Of a stretch of 64,000 nt of DNA, positions 39,451-51,675 are shown in pieces (the first letter of the stretch is position 1; each line of letters starts with the position of its first letter). Made by a program: the position numbers and the translations under genes. The stretch lies in NCBI GenBank assembly GCA_000934665.2, contig JYFJ02000715.1:62001-126000 (forward strand), given 5' to 3'. The notes beneath the pieces are model-generated. The model made no database searches. It saw nothing but the letters and a program-made list of their open reading frames with translations, and had not been told where the DNA came from. This DNA comes from Catajapyx aquilonaris (Eukaryota).

Positions 39451-42400
39451 GACCACGCCTCTCCTTCCCCACCACCATTTGCACTCACTTAAAAGTCGAT
39501 TGACTTTACCAGCTGTACGAGGGAGGGTCAGAATATACGACTGCAGTTGTCATTTTTCAACCGCAAAAAGCCTGTCGGGATTGCTATTGCCACAGTTAAG
39601 CTCCACTTCAGCTGATAGCAGGCAAAAAAAGTTCGTATAACTGGATTGTATTAGCTTCACATTATTTTCTGTACATTTTTTGTAGGTTGACATATTATTA
39701 ATAATGGAAGAGAAGGTCTCTTCACCCAAAGGTGACCACTTTCAGAAAACAATGGTCAAGTTTATATGCTTGAAATTCCAGCAGGTGCAGAAAAAGAGTC
39801 CTGGAGGTTATGAAAGAGTCAATAACGTGCGAAACTGGGATCCGGTGCATGCCAGAATGAAAATTATTAGACGGTAATTAATACCATCAATTACCATTAC
39901 AGCGAGGGGGTGGAGGCGGAAGGGAGGGGGGGGGNATGCTGATATACACCAAAACGGGAATCGTTGATGCTGAAACCATATACTGCGGACAAGCCGAGCT
40001 CCTACCCGATATGAGATCAAATGAAGTGCTTTAATTTGGCGGTAATGATACCGAACGGTGTGCCGCATGAAGAGATAGGCCAAGGTAATAGAATTATCCG
40101 TGGGTTGGGAAGGGGGGGGGGGGGTGAGGGACATCGACAGTGAAGAATTGACTTTACTGCGTACCACCCTGTATATGACGCTGCACATAACACACACAGA
40201 GAGAGACACGTGAAAAAGCGCGGTTCTATACCAAAGGTTAGTGAGTCAGAATGAAAAATGTGAGTGCTTAATGATAAGTGGTCTGAATGGACTAATACTC
40301 TCGCTTCAACACCGGTGTTGCAGGCTGAGGGATCGACCGAAACACTACTGTAAAACACACTATCAGGACGGTCCTATATACGTATGTGTGCCTCTCTTTT
40401 ATTAATCCCCACTGTGATGATTATGGAGATAGAGCTTCTGCAGGGTGGTTCGTAATGGAGGGAAAACCTTTCTGGGCACAAGGGGATCATTTTATGTAAA
40501 ATGTGTAACTTGGTCTCCGCAGACTCGTTACTGAGATTATTAGCATTAATCATAAAGAGCGCAAAATTTAATATACGGTCCTTCGTGGAGCACACAGCGA
40601 CATTTTGAAGTTGGCAAGCTGCATGAGGCAACTACACAAAATTACGCTAACTGAAGGATTAAGTTCGGATTGCATTCGAGTTGCAGGCAGGTGCATAAAT
40701 AATTCGCCCGTTGTGAATAAACTGTAGCCTCTGTCGGATCATGAGAGGATTACTTTATGAAGCGCAATCTAAAGAGGTTACGAGGTTTTTTGAAGAAAAA
40801 AAAGCATCTTGTAGGATCATGCAGTGTTGCCTTTCACCTGCCCTAGATGAGTTGTTAGTCGAGAAATTAATGACAGTAAATCTATTGCTTCCATTCAGTT
40901 TAGGAAGAATCGTCGATGCGAATAGTCTTTGAGTAATGTCGAGAGCAGTCCCCCAGGACTTTTTTTTCCTCTTCATAAAGAGACATTAAGGACGAGCAGG
41001 CTAATGAATAGAAAGCTGCTCAATTAGCGGTTTAATCGAGTGAGTTGCCATGGGATGCCTGAAATGATGGCCCGCATAATTGTGGGACTCAACGATCAAG
41101 AAAATGAATCGCCATTTCGCTGCATGCTAAATTACTGCGCGAGAGTGATTTCGACAAGGAGAGAAAGAGGGAGGGAGGGGGGGACGGGAGAAGGTTCATC
41201 GTTTGTGCACACGAAAACTATGTGTATTGTAATGCTCCTGCAAAAAGTTCAGAGTATAGAAACTCGTGAGGTCGTCATGGAGTTTAGGTACAGGTCAATG
41301 GCGGAGAATATAGCCTGACATCCTTCAAGTTCTTCGGCTCTTCGATCTTCAATAATAATTTATTACAATCACATTAGAAGTAACAGTACAGTGCAATAAT
41401 GTTACATCCAGGTACTTGCAATTTGTAACGAGATCTTTCAATGCAATTTCAGTAACTTCACACATTGACACTGATTTTACCAGTTAAGGTTGAGTTAAGG
41501 AGTTTGTGTGGTGATTTCATTTGTTCAGCAAATAAGGATCTTTCTTGCATTCTGCTCTTTTCGGCATTTCACATGAGTAATGAACTAATGATAACGTTAT
41601 AAGGCATATCTAACGGCGAATGAAATACATCTGGTGTAGCAGGCTCCAGAACAATAGTGCTCAAACTTTGACAAGTGAGTACCACCCTATACTGTACAGA
41701 TGTTGAAGGCAGGTATAGACTGTACACTGCGTATGAAAAGGAAGCGCCATCTGAGCACATGCGACCCAGAATTATTGCTCTCAACAGAAATCACAACTTG
41801 AAGGCAACGGACTCTGAATCACGTTTCAACTTCAATAACTTTTTTTTTGTACCTTACCGAGCCTTCTCTTTCCTCACTTTCCCAATTTTTAAATCATTCC
41901 TTGCCCACAGCAGCAAATGCCTAACCATTGAGGGAAGACTTGTAAGGTACAAAATAGAGGAACATTTCCAAGTGAAGGTTTGTCCCGGGAGTTTCGGCCT
42001 CGTTCACAACTCAAAGTCATTTCCATGTCGAAATATTCTTGACATACGACCGACAATTGGTGGACTGCTAAAAAAAAACCTGGTATGGATACTAAAGTTT
42101 AAATATTACCGTCGCAGGTGTAATGTGAGGCCAACGTAATCTACAGTATAGTACGACAAAGTGGTACTTCATCAAAAGCCACTCTAGGAAATGCAACGAT
42201 TTTCTCATTGTGTTTGGTCGCTTTAATAAAGATGCCATTTTGAATGCAGTTATTGATCAACTGTGCCACAGTTTTCAAGGACGTTGCGAAAGTATAAGCT
42301 GGTTTTCTTCAGGTTGTTCGGGGGAGCAGATTAGCATTGAAACTGCTGCACGTCGTATAGGTAACGCTTAAGGCAGTGCGATATAAGTGGTCGTGGGAGA

Positions 42401-45400
42401 TGGGGGATGGGGAGAACCTAGAACATTTACGAAGTGAATATACAGGGTGCTTCAACGAGAGAAGTGCAATTAAGAGAACAAAAGCTGCATTTATAGTCTA
42501 AGTAACTCTTGAAAGTGAAGGCTTAACACCGAACAATAGCTGTTGAAAGCTGGTTGATAGTGTCAGCCACTGATGTTATAATCGGATGAATATTGGAAAT
42601 TTAAAGTTTTACAAAAGCAGCTACGGCTCGTTTTTAATTATTTAATTAGTTCATTACTGTGTGAGGAAAAATTGACGCATGTACTGTGCAGTAGCAAATT
42701 CAATCCAGAACATTCCGCTTTCATTAATAAACACCCTTTAAAATAATATTGTGTCTGAGATATTTTGCAAATTTACGACTAATTTCGAACTGAAGGCACA
42801 TGCACTGCTGGCATTTTTCGCATATAGACCTATACAAGCAGAAAATGCATTGACTACTTTTATTACGTTTCATTTAACTCAAATTATGAGACTGAGTTGT
42901 TATACCGTACCTGCAGGTAATTTACCGGATAACTGCGTAACTTGGTTTGTACTGAGCCACTGTGTAGCTCTATGCAGGGTTACTTTTCCATCCCCGAAAT
43001 AGGAAAAGACGTATAAGTTAATGTAATAAACATGTACCTTATCACAATGTATGGATATATGTAAAAAAATTTCATAGCCTACATACTTTGCGGAAACATG
43101 GTGTAAGCGCAATAAAATCTAGCTCCTACGCGATTTTAAGGCTGGTAAAGTCCCAGTTCCATTACGCAAGTGAATGCTCGGCAAGCCTGCTCGGTGTAAG
43201 GAACAAGCCTCATTGAGAGTACAGTGTCTTCGTTCATACACACACAGCGGGGGGAAAGGAGTGAACATGAGCGTTTCTTTTGATGATACGAGGGAGGGTC
43301 CTGCGCTGGATATGACATTGCCAAATTTATAGGCGGCTCTCTCTCTCACACACACATACACGTAGAGACGAGGAGAGAGGGCCCTTGACTGCCTCTACCG
43401 CCCCTGAGGTTCCTTCCAGCCAAGCCTAATGTGATACACTCGGGCAGGCAGGTCCCACTATGTCATCAAAAGCTTCCGGTGGTGCTCCATGTCCGCTATG
43501 CTAATTTCCTGCCTATTAAGTTTAGTTAGAAAGTAGTGGGAGTTTGTTGCGCCAGAGTTAAATCGCAACCGCCTTGAGAACCCGGGAGGTTGGTTGGAAG
43601 GGCCTGGAATTCAATGGCGGTGAGGGAGATGGATTTTTTCACTTCCTTTTATGGGAAGGGTTGGTGGCCGGGGGATAGAGGTCGGAAATGTGGCGAAAAA
43701 GGAGGAATTCGTCATTTCCACAGGTCCACAGCGGTTTTTTGGCCAAAAATCTTGCATCCTTCTTTTCAATGGTCCTTTGGTTTCATCAACCGCTAGGGCT
43801 ATACCTATAAGCAATGAGTCAACCTGTTTATGACCGGACAAACTTGTGGACAGAGAGAATAAGAAGATTAGGTGTACAGATTACATAATTATTAAGACAA
43901 TTAACATTCGCCACTATTCCGAAGAAAGGCCGATTTGTGCCGATTTGTATATCATACGAAAGGAATAGCATCCTGGGAATATTGATAACATCGGTTGATT
44001 GTTATCACTTCAAAGTTCACAAAGCCACAGAAATAACCGATGTTGTTAGCGGCCTGTAAAATTTCGATATCCGCCAGACAATGTCCATTTTATGCAAGTA
44101 TAGAATCGATCGAAATGGTTCTCTCCATTTTCATCTATTTTTTTTTAAAGCAACACGGATGAACCATTGTCGTCCATAGACAGACACACAAGGGAAAGTG
44201 CAGATCCCGAGGCTTGGGCGATAGTGAAATGAATTGTTTCCTTCCGTAATTCGCGCCCCGCGACTATTTTGCTCCGGTTGCTGCCATGTAATATGATTAG
44301 TCAGGTCTCGTTTTTCCCCTAATCCCCGCGTTTCTGTGCGGTGCCAACTTCATTAGGGGGTCACAATCGGGCACTTGGGGTGCTGGCAAGGCCCATGGGG
44401 ACGGGGTGAGCGAAGGCCCATTATGCGGAGGAAATGGGCAAAGAAGTAGTCGGCTGCTTCCAACCGTGATGACAGAACCGATACAGCTGCTGGAGTGAAA
44501 CTACTTGCTTGGACTCATGGGGAAAACTTTCTGCACCAACTCTCTCTCTCTACAGAGTCTGGCTAAGCCCTGAAGAGGTGGGTCCATGCATATAATATCT
44601 GCTGGGAGACACCCCTGCTTTGTTGTTCGCACCCTCATCTGCTGGTCTGTTCATGCCCGGAAGGTGATGCCAAAGTTGGGGCTCGTCTAATGATGGCAAT
44701 GATGGAGGTGGTGTTAACTATTAGTAGGGGTTGTCGGTGAAAGTGCTGCCAAATTGCAGAAGAAATTGATCAGTGCGCCATTGAAGGTGGATAAAATTTC
44801 AGGCAATAGTTAACCAACAACTAGGGTTATATTGGTCAATACTGAAATGAAGATAAATTTTTATTAATCGTCGATAAAAATAATGTGAGAACAAAAATTG
44901 ACAGCTCTCTTATACTAGATCAATTCAAACAGCTCCTGCTCTTTGAAGCAGCTTCTGAAACCGGTAAAATGCAGTTGTTTACGTATGGTATTTAAAAACT
45001 TTGGTGTAATGAAAGTCACTCGAAATGAGCAGAAAACCACTTCGCTGGGAGCTTCTCTTTTAGAAAGGATTTACTCTACAGTATACGAGTAGTCTATATT
45101 CATCCCTACCTAATGGACTATTGCAGGTGGTATTTAATAGCTCAAATCCGATATGAAAAATGTGGTATTTTTCCACATCAAAGAATATTCCACAATCCGC
45201 TTAGGAAAATTCCAAACAAAATATTTCTACAGGCTTACGTAACATGTATACTTTCAAAAAAAAAATAAAGCATTCAACCTTTGCTCTGAACCTTATCGAT
45301 TTCTCTCAGATTTCACTTTCATTTTTTTCTCTCTCTTTCGTCCGCTTTTCCCCCCTGCATGATAAATAGGAAGGATCTTTTAACTCACTGTTCGCTGGAT

Positions 45401-46228
45401 TTTAAAATAACCTCTCTTACTAACCAAGATAATTTTGCTTTCAGAGGCTTTTTGCGACTTCCGCTGAGCCCGGATATGGATTTAGCTCATGTCGGCTTGG
45501 AAATATCCGCAACAACATGACACTGAAAGTGTTTTTATAATCCCAACAATAAACGTCGCTTCTAAGGTGAACTACTGTATACAAGTGGATCATTAAATGC
45601 AAAGGTTACATGGTTTCCGCAGCCACGTTGCTGAAATAATTAGCACTTATCAAAAAGTGTCATACAGTTTCCTCTGCCATGGATATAGCCCAACACACTT
45701 CCATCGCTTCGACCACTGTCTTCGACACATAATGAAAACCTGATGAAAACGGAGCTTAAAAATGACATGAGTTTAGACGTCGAAATCATTTTTGGAACAC
45801 CATGTACACAGATTAATACATATTCTACATAATCATAGACATAACCATCCGACTGAACTGTTTTTGTCCGACCACAGTAATAGACCACTAGACAATGCAT
45901 TTTGTCAATACCGCCGCACAAATAAAATTGATTTCCTTCTCACAATCGAGAGCAATCGGCTGGAAAGTGAGCAAAATAATGGAGGGGGAAAAAATGCAAT
46001 TAATTTACTATTGACTGGACAATTATAATTCGGTGTGGCATAACAAGTGCTACTGCTTTGGCTGTCAGTACCTCTCTAATCTAATGACATCGCATGAACA
46101 TTCGAAATGCATCCGTAATGTGGTTGAAAATATTATGCCCAAGCTGTAAAAACTATAACACTGTGCTTGTGTTACCAAACTTTAATTATTAAGAAATTAA
46201 TTTTTCAGATACATACATAATTCCTCTA

Positions 46229-46327
46229 CACTGTAAACCGCAAAACATTAAAAGAGCATCACTGGTGAGCATCACTTTTTAATGCTCTTCTAATGCTCTT
46301 GTGATGCTCTTTTAATGTTTTACAGTG
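46229..46327. mobile_element. ~100-bp MITE with CACTG termini (EnSpm/CACTA-like)
   Basis: Ends are CACTGTAAA and TTTACAGTG. Inner perfect inverted repeat AAAACATTAAAAGAGCATCAC/GTGATGCTCTTTTAATGTTTT. Short subterminal GAGCAT/ATGCTC units are repeated. Confidence 0.65.
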
Positions 46328-48670
46328 CACTGTACACAATCAAATGATCAAAATGAATTTATTGGCTTGTAATGTACCTTACTAGGTTTCAATAGGAATA
46401 TTCCCATCTTTAATGATGATTTACTTTTAATTATTGTTTGACACTGCTTGGTAGGGCTTCCAGCGGATTTTTTTATATTATTTTGTCTGCACCTATAGCG
46501 TACACGGGCTAGTTTGTTCCGTTATCATCTGGGAGCACCGTAAGGAAGTTCTCATTAACGCGCTTCGGTGCCGCCTGTAATTATTATGTCCAGGATAGCG
46601 AGATGAGTTTTAATTTGACTCTCGGCACCATCACGTCGGGGTGTGATGTCTCCTGCTTTTACAGGGTTTCAGTCATATTCCTAACAGAGATGATGATGTG
46701 CATATAGATGGAGGCTATGGAGAGAGAGAGAGAAGAGTAAGTCTATAGATGCTAGTCTCCAATCCCCCTTTTGCTTGACAAAACCCCCGCCTTACACTCT
46801 TACATAATTATATCGATTCAAAGATTGTACCGCGCCGCCTTGATTATTAGGGTGCGCCTATATCAGAAAAGGCGGTGATGAGGAGCTAAATCAGGAGACC
46901 TCACTAAGACTTAAGGAGCTATATGCGAAATAGAATTATCAGATGGCAGGAAAGTAACTTCGGGAACTCATTCTCAAACTCATTTCCCATTAGTGAGAAG
47001 TGGTTGTTTTTTTTACCGATGGAAATGTCGTCTGAGCAGAAGAGCAAAAGGGGAGGTGTATTTTGTGTCGGATGAAGGAGCAGTAATATACTTTACAGTC
47101 GGTACGTTACGTACAGTATGCAATGCAAGCTGTTGTTCTGACGAAATCGGTAACATAAAAGTGCTAATTACATTGGATAGTTAGATACACGACGTCCCCT
47201 TTTTGTCAAATCGTACTATAAATTAGTTTTTTTAACGAACGCAACCGAGTGCGCATCCCACTCGCGCAAGTCCATTGTTCGGGCAACAACTTTGCCGCAG
47301 TTACTCCTCAGGTAGCCTCTAAAGGTTCGTTCCAGAGACTTGGCAACATCTCAAAATTCGGCTATATTGTTACCCACTAAAGCTTTAGTGTTGGAAACAA
47401 TTTGCGCGAACCGTGTTGTGCACTAGGTTTCGCTCATCAAAAAATTCATCTATACAGATCCGTATTATAGCCCTGTAAATATTTGCACCTCTTATTTCTA
47501 CACATGACAAGCACCAAAAAAAACCAGTGCACTTCCTTCGAGATAAACTCTCTACCACAACAAGTACACATTTTCATGTGATCCAGTATAATACCACAAG
47601 TTTATGCATTTTGAATGCCAATTGTTCGTTGGATTGGTATACAATCAACATGTAGGAAAATCTGCTCGGGCGTGATTTAAGTAGACCTTTTTCACATTTC
47701 CAATGAAATTCAAATTGGACAACAATTCCTCGCAGTTATTGTCATTATAATCAGTGCCTTGTAAATTTTGTGTCTGAATAATCCAGGCAGTACACTGGGT
47801 TCAGAATCCTCGTGATCGTCTCAATAATTCCTATTTTTTTAAAAAATATATATAAAGAGTCTGAATTCTACTTTTGAAATCCGCGCTCCATCAGTAATAT
47901 CCAATGATCTGGCAACACTTTTCAGCCATCTCGTGTGCACCTGGCAACCTTGTTCAAGATGGCGTAGTCTACTGCGTTTTTTATTTATTTTTAAGAGTTC
48001 TTTTTCATCGAACAAGTCTGCTTGTCGCTGCCGGCTTGATGAATTGCATCTGTTTGCGTCGTCCTGCCGGTACCGTGTACAACGAGAAGCTGCAGCACAT
48101 GTACTCCACTGCACCATGGGCTAGTCGCTGATGCTGTAAGTGCTGCAGCGGTAATAGTGGTTTTGCGCTAATTTACTAACCTTTTTCAAAACTATCTTTA
48201 TTCTGTTAATTAATAATTATATTACAGCCGTGGGGATGTCAAAATGGTGACTACAGTACCATAGGTAAACCAAGGTGAATAGGGATAAAAATGTGTACGT
48301 TATTTAAATGCGGAGAGATATATTTTTTTAAAAAAAGGATCGGAGGTGTGAAAGGAATTGTCATAATTGTTAAAATTACAATTGAGGTCACCAAGCGGGT
48401 CACCTTGCGATTCTAGCAAATAGCTTCCGTGGGTTTCTAATCAAATCTATTGGGGATATTCCCGTGTTTTACTTGGCGGTATGGCACAAGGGCTGAATTT
48501 TGGCCCACAATAAGGGTTCTTTGGCCAGCGGTGCCACAAGATGGACAGTACTTGGTACGGTCATCCCCAAAGCCATACAGTTGAGACCAATACAAGCCTA
48601 TAAGTGCATTTTTTCACTGGATATCGTAACCTATGCAATGTATCAATTCCAGTATCAGCCTTGGCAATAA

Positions 48671-48827
48671 TGGGGCCGTGCAGACGGGCCAAGCTTAGCC
48701 GCGGCTGGCCGCGGCCGCGACGGTTCACACCTAGCGGCCCCCTAGCAACGCCATGGCCAGGCCACGGGCCAACTTCCTGGAAGTTGGCCAGGGCCGCGGC
48801 CAAGCTTGGCCCGTCTGCACGGCCCCA
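48671..48827. mobile_element. GC-rich palindromic MITE, PIF/Harbinger (Tourist)-like
   Basis: Perfect TIR TGGGGCCGTGCAGACGGGCCAAGCTT / AAGCTTGGCCCGTCTGCACGGCCCCA, flanked by TAA and TTA (TWA-type target), with internal GGCC-rich repeats. Confidence 0.85.
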
Positions 48828-48934
48828 TTATCATGACAGCCGAGCTCGTATTGAATCAGTCAGAGGTGTGAGTTGATGTGGATTGATATATCATGCCCAG
48901 CCGAGCAGGGTCTGGTGAGGATGCCTTTTCCTGT

Positions 48935-49860
48935 ACAGCACTCTTTGCCGTCTTGGGAATGGAGGAGGCCTGCCATCAACACATGGTAGGGGACGCCTGC
49001 GAGAGCAGATTGCCTGATATTTACTGATGGCTTTGTGATGCGACAAGAGGAGCCATGGTCATTCTGGATGGTGGCCAGCAGGTTGTTGTTCATGAGGGCA
49101 CACCTTTCGCTGCATCAGCCGGGATATTTGACATCGAATTAGCGATGGTCATGTGTGCTCTGGAGATTGCCGCCTCTTCACATTCATAACACTACCTGGG
49201 TGGTCTCTGACTCCAGATCTGTGCTGCAGATGGTGAGGAATCCTCACTCCACTTCATCGATGGCCGTGTATGCACAAAGGTTCATGAGGGAAGCTAGTGG
49301 AGATTCACTTGTGCTGGGTGAAGGCACACCAGGTCATGTTCGGCAACGAATTGGCTGATCAGGAGGCCAAGAGGACTATGCTTTTCACAGTGGCACAACA
49401 GTTCCTGCCAGACGAGTCACCTCTCTGTGTGCGGTGCCAGATTCTCCATTTGGCCCTCGAAACCTGGAAATCGGCTGGGATGGGAGGAGTGGAGAGACAG
49501 GTGATATTTTGGCTTCTTCCCTGGCTACGGTCTCCACACAATGCCACATTCACAGCCATTTGGCCAGGATGGTTGAGAAGATGGCCTGGGGTGGGATGAC
49601 CAGGAAGGGGAAGCTGATTGCCTGATATGTCCACATGACTGTGGCTGGTGCTGCCACACCGACCTCAGGCCATGAACCCCACTGAATCGCTGGGGAATCG
49701 ATGAAGCCAGGAAGAGAGTTGAAGAAGGAGGTGCCACGTGAAGTAGGAGACCCAGTCGCTCCTCAGCCATTCCTGGGTGTACCTGGTCGCTGTGAGGGCG
49801 GCTGGCTGGTTGGCGGGCTTTCCACACAACACCAGGGGCACTTTCTCTGTTATTAGCTGA
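48935..49860 (+). mobile_element. Degraded non-LTR retrotransposon fragment encoding the RNase H domain (I/R1/LOA-type LINE)
   Basis: Frameshifted RNase H motifs occur in order: IFTDG (49017), DIELAMVMCALE, WVVSDSRSVLQMV, IHLCWVKAHQVMFGNELADQEAK. These correspond to the YTDGS / AEL.AI / SDS.SAL / WV.AH.G..GNE.AD motifs of LINE RNase H. Boundaries approximate. Confidence 0.8.
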
Positions 49861-50220
49861 TTGCTTACTCCTTAATTATAGAAGATACGGACTTTTAACT
49901 TTGGTAGAATTTTTGTAATCGTTTTGTAATAGTTTGCATTTATTTGAAATAAGACGTGCATCTGGGTGATGAGAATGGGTGTTGAGTCTTCCTAGGCTGG
50001 GTCACTTGGAAACTCTGCCAGCCCCTGTGCCAGAGCATCAGGTAAAACCCAGGGCAAATTCCTGCTACACTTGGTCAGGAACCCATGGAAGCTATTCATT
50101 TTTTAGATTGTTCGGTAACCTGCTGGTAGAGTTCAGCCATAATTGGGTTAGCATACCAGCTCATTTTGGGCACTGTACTGTACCTTTATATGCTTTTAGT
50201 TGTACAGTGCTGGCCATATA

Positions 50221-50338
50221 TGGAGGCAACGACTAGCGACATTTTTCCGAAGCGGCAGAAGAAGGAATCTTGCTCGCCCGGCTTGTAGCATGCTTATCTT
50301 CGATTCCTTCTTCTGCTAGTCGCTAGTCATTGTCTCCA
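50221..50338. mobile_element. Palindromic MITE relic
   Basis: TGGAGGCAACGACTAGCGAC..GCAGAAGAAGGAATC is inverted relative to GATTCCTTCTTCTGCTAGTCGCTAGTCATTGTCTCCA. Confidence 0.6.
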
Positions 50339-50902
50339 CCGAAATTCATGTAAAGGCTATCTAAAAGGCACATTTTCCGAGTAGAGTACGTACCCTATCT
50401 TACCATAATTATATAGTTGTCAATTGCAGTGTCTGGCATTAATCTCTATTTAAACAGTATGTTGGGAGCAGTGGGTTCCCCTGTCAAAGCAGGCTGACCA
50501 AGGCCGTACGCAGGATTTTTGTTCGGGGAGGGTTCGTTAGATCAAAATTACTAAAATCTACCTCAGTTATTGCGGCATGCCAGCCACCCTCGGGTTATAC
50601 CGGCATGCTGGTTGACCTCGTTTTATACCGGCATGCCTCTTTATGAAAGGTAATACGGTGCAAGCAAATTTCGTCCTTTTCCGTAATGCCACATAGACTT
50701 GTACAGTACCAAAGTTAGGTTGTTTTTAGTGCCAAATCCCCCTGGAATATCGAGGGTGAGAGATCAGAAGGGCGTATGAACAATGCTTAAGCATGCCCAT
50801 GCCCAAGCATAATGCCCGTTATGAGTTACGAGCGACCTAAAGAACATGGAAATAGCGATGAATTTTCATAGACAAATGTCGTGTTGCATAGTGGTATTAC
50901 AG

Positions 50903-51176
50903 AGGGCGACATGGTCGCGAAGTGGTTAGCGCCACAGCCTTCCACCTCTAAGGTCCCGAGTTCGATCCCCGGGTCGCGCAGAGGATACTTACTTGGATAG
51001 AGTTTCGATGGGTTCTCTCCGTGTTCGCGTGGATTTTCTCGGGGTTCTCCCGTTTCCTCCCACTATCAAAATCCATCACATGCAGGCAATGATTAAAGTC
51101 GGTTCACGAAAGATGATCCCCTAAGAGGCCGAAGGCCTATCACGGGGTATCCATTATTATTATTCTTATTATTATT
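50903..51176 (+). mobile_element. tRNA-derived SINE with V-SINE-like central domain
   Basis: Pol III A box (TGGTCGCGAAGTGG) and B box (GAGTTCGATCCC). Core GTTCTCTCCGTGTTCGCGTGGATTTTCTCGGGGTTCTCCCGTTTCCTCCCAC resembles the V domain as I recall it. (ATT)n tail. 15-bp TSD ATAGTGGTATTACAG (50888-50902) / ATAGTGATATTACAG (51177-51191). Confidence 0.9.
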
Positions 51177-51380
51177 ATAGTGATATTACAGGTGCCTAGT
51201 GTCATCTGCAAGTATGTGAAACTTGCAAATTAGCATATTTCTGATGCAAATATTTCAGCTCTGTACGAGTATCCCTGGTGTGCAATTTTGACTGTCACTT
51301 TTCTAGAAAACACTATCTAGCAGCCTTTTGTACTTGTACTGGCTGTCGAAAAAGATCTTAGTTAACAAAGCAGACTTGGT

Positions 51381-51520
51381 CAAGGGGGGTAACCACTCGA
51401 CTGAAAAGTGTACACTGGAGTACCAAAATTCAAGGAGTACCAAAGAGTAAAGTACCTAAGGAGTACCTGGGAGTACCACTTGCAGGTGTACACCGGAGTA
51501 CCGAAGTGATTACCCCCTTG
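51381..51520. mobile_element. 140-bp MITE with 8-bp TSD (P-element- or hAT-like)
   Basis: TIR CAAGGGGGGTAACCACT / AGTGATTACCCCCTTG. Flanks GACTTGGT (51373-51380) / GACTGGGT (51521-51528). GGAGTACC occurs five times internally. Confidence 0.75.
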
Positions 51521-51675
51521 GACTGGGTGATCTACAAGAATACTGCCATACCTACTTGCACTCTTATCTCATCAATGACAAGTACAATATTGTACTGTGA
51601 AAATGGACCACCTATGGTGTACTTAAGAGAAACTGATAATAAAGTGGGGAGCATTAATCGCATGGATGTGAGTTT

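Noticed and set aside
39935..39935. Single N after a G-run
   Set aside because: Assembly or base-calling artefact, not a biological feature.
42441..42740. TACAGGGTG start with a possible decayed partner end (similar lone starts at ~59944 and ~63170)
   Set aside because: Probably old mariner-type MITE relics, but the second TIR is too degenerate or absent to define an element.
43982..44049. ~16-bp stem (GATAACATCGGTT / AACCGATGTTGTT)
   Set aside because: Loop too large and stem too short for a miRNA; no TSD to call a MITE.
44439..44511. Loose hairpin containing GAAACTACTTGC, like the 3' end of insect miR-2796
   Set aside because: Seed and 5p arm do not match, and the stem is too interrupted for a pre-miRNA.
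50499..50640. hAT-like start (CAAGGCCGTACGCAGGATTTTT) and three CGGCATGC-containing units
   Set aside because: No matching right end or TSD; too fragmentary to call.
50903..50975. tRNA-like sequences here and at 54612-54690 and 58570-58645
   Set aside because: These are SINE heads followed by body, tail and TSD; not standalone tRNA genes.
51416..51502. Short repeats with variable spacers, superficially CRISPR-like
   Set aside because: 8-bp repeats with irregular short spacers inside a MITE in eukaryotic DNA; no cas genes.
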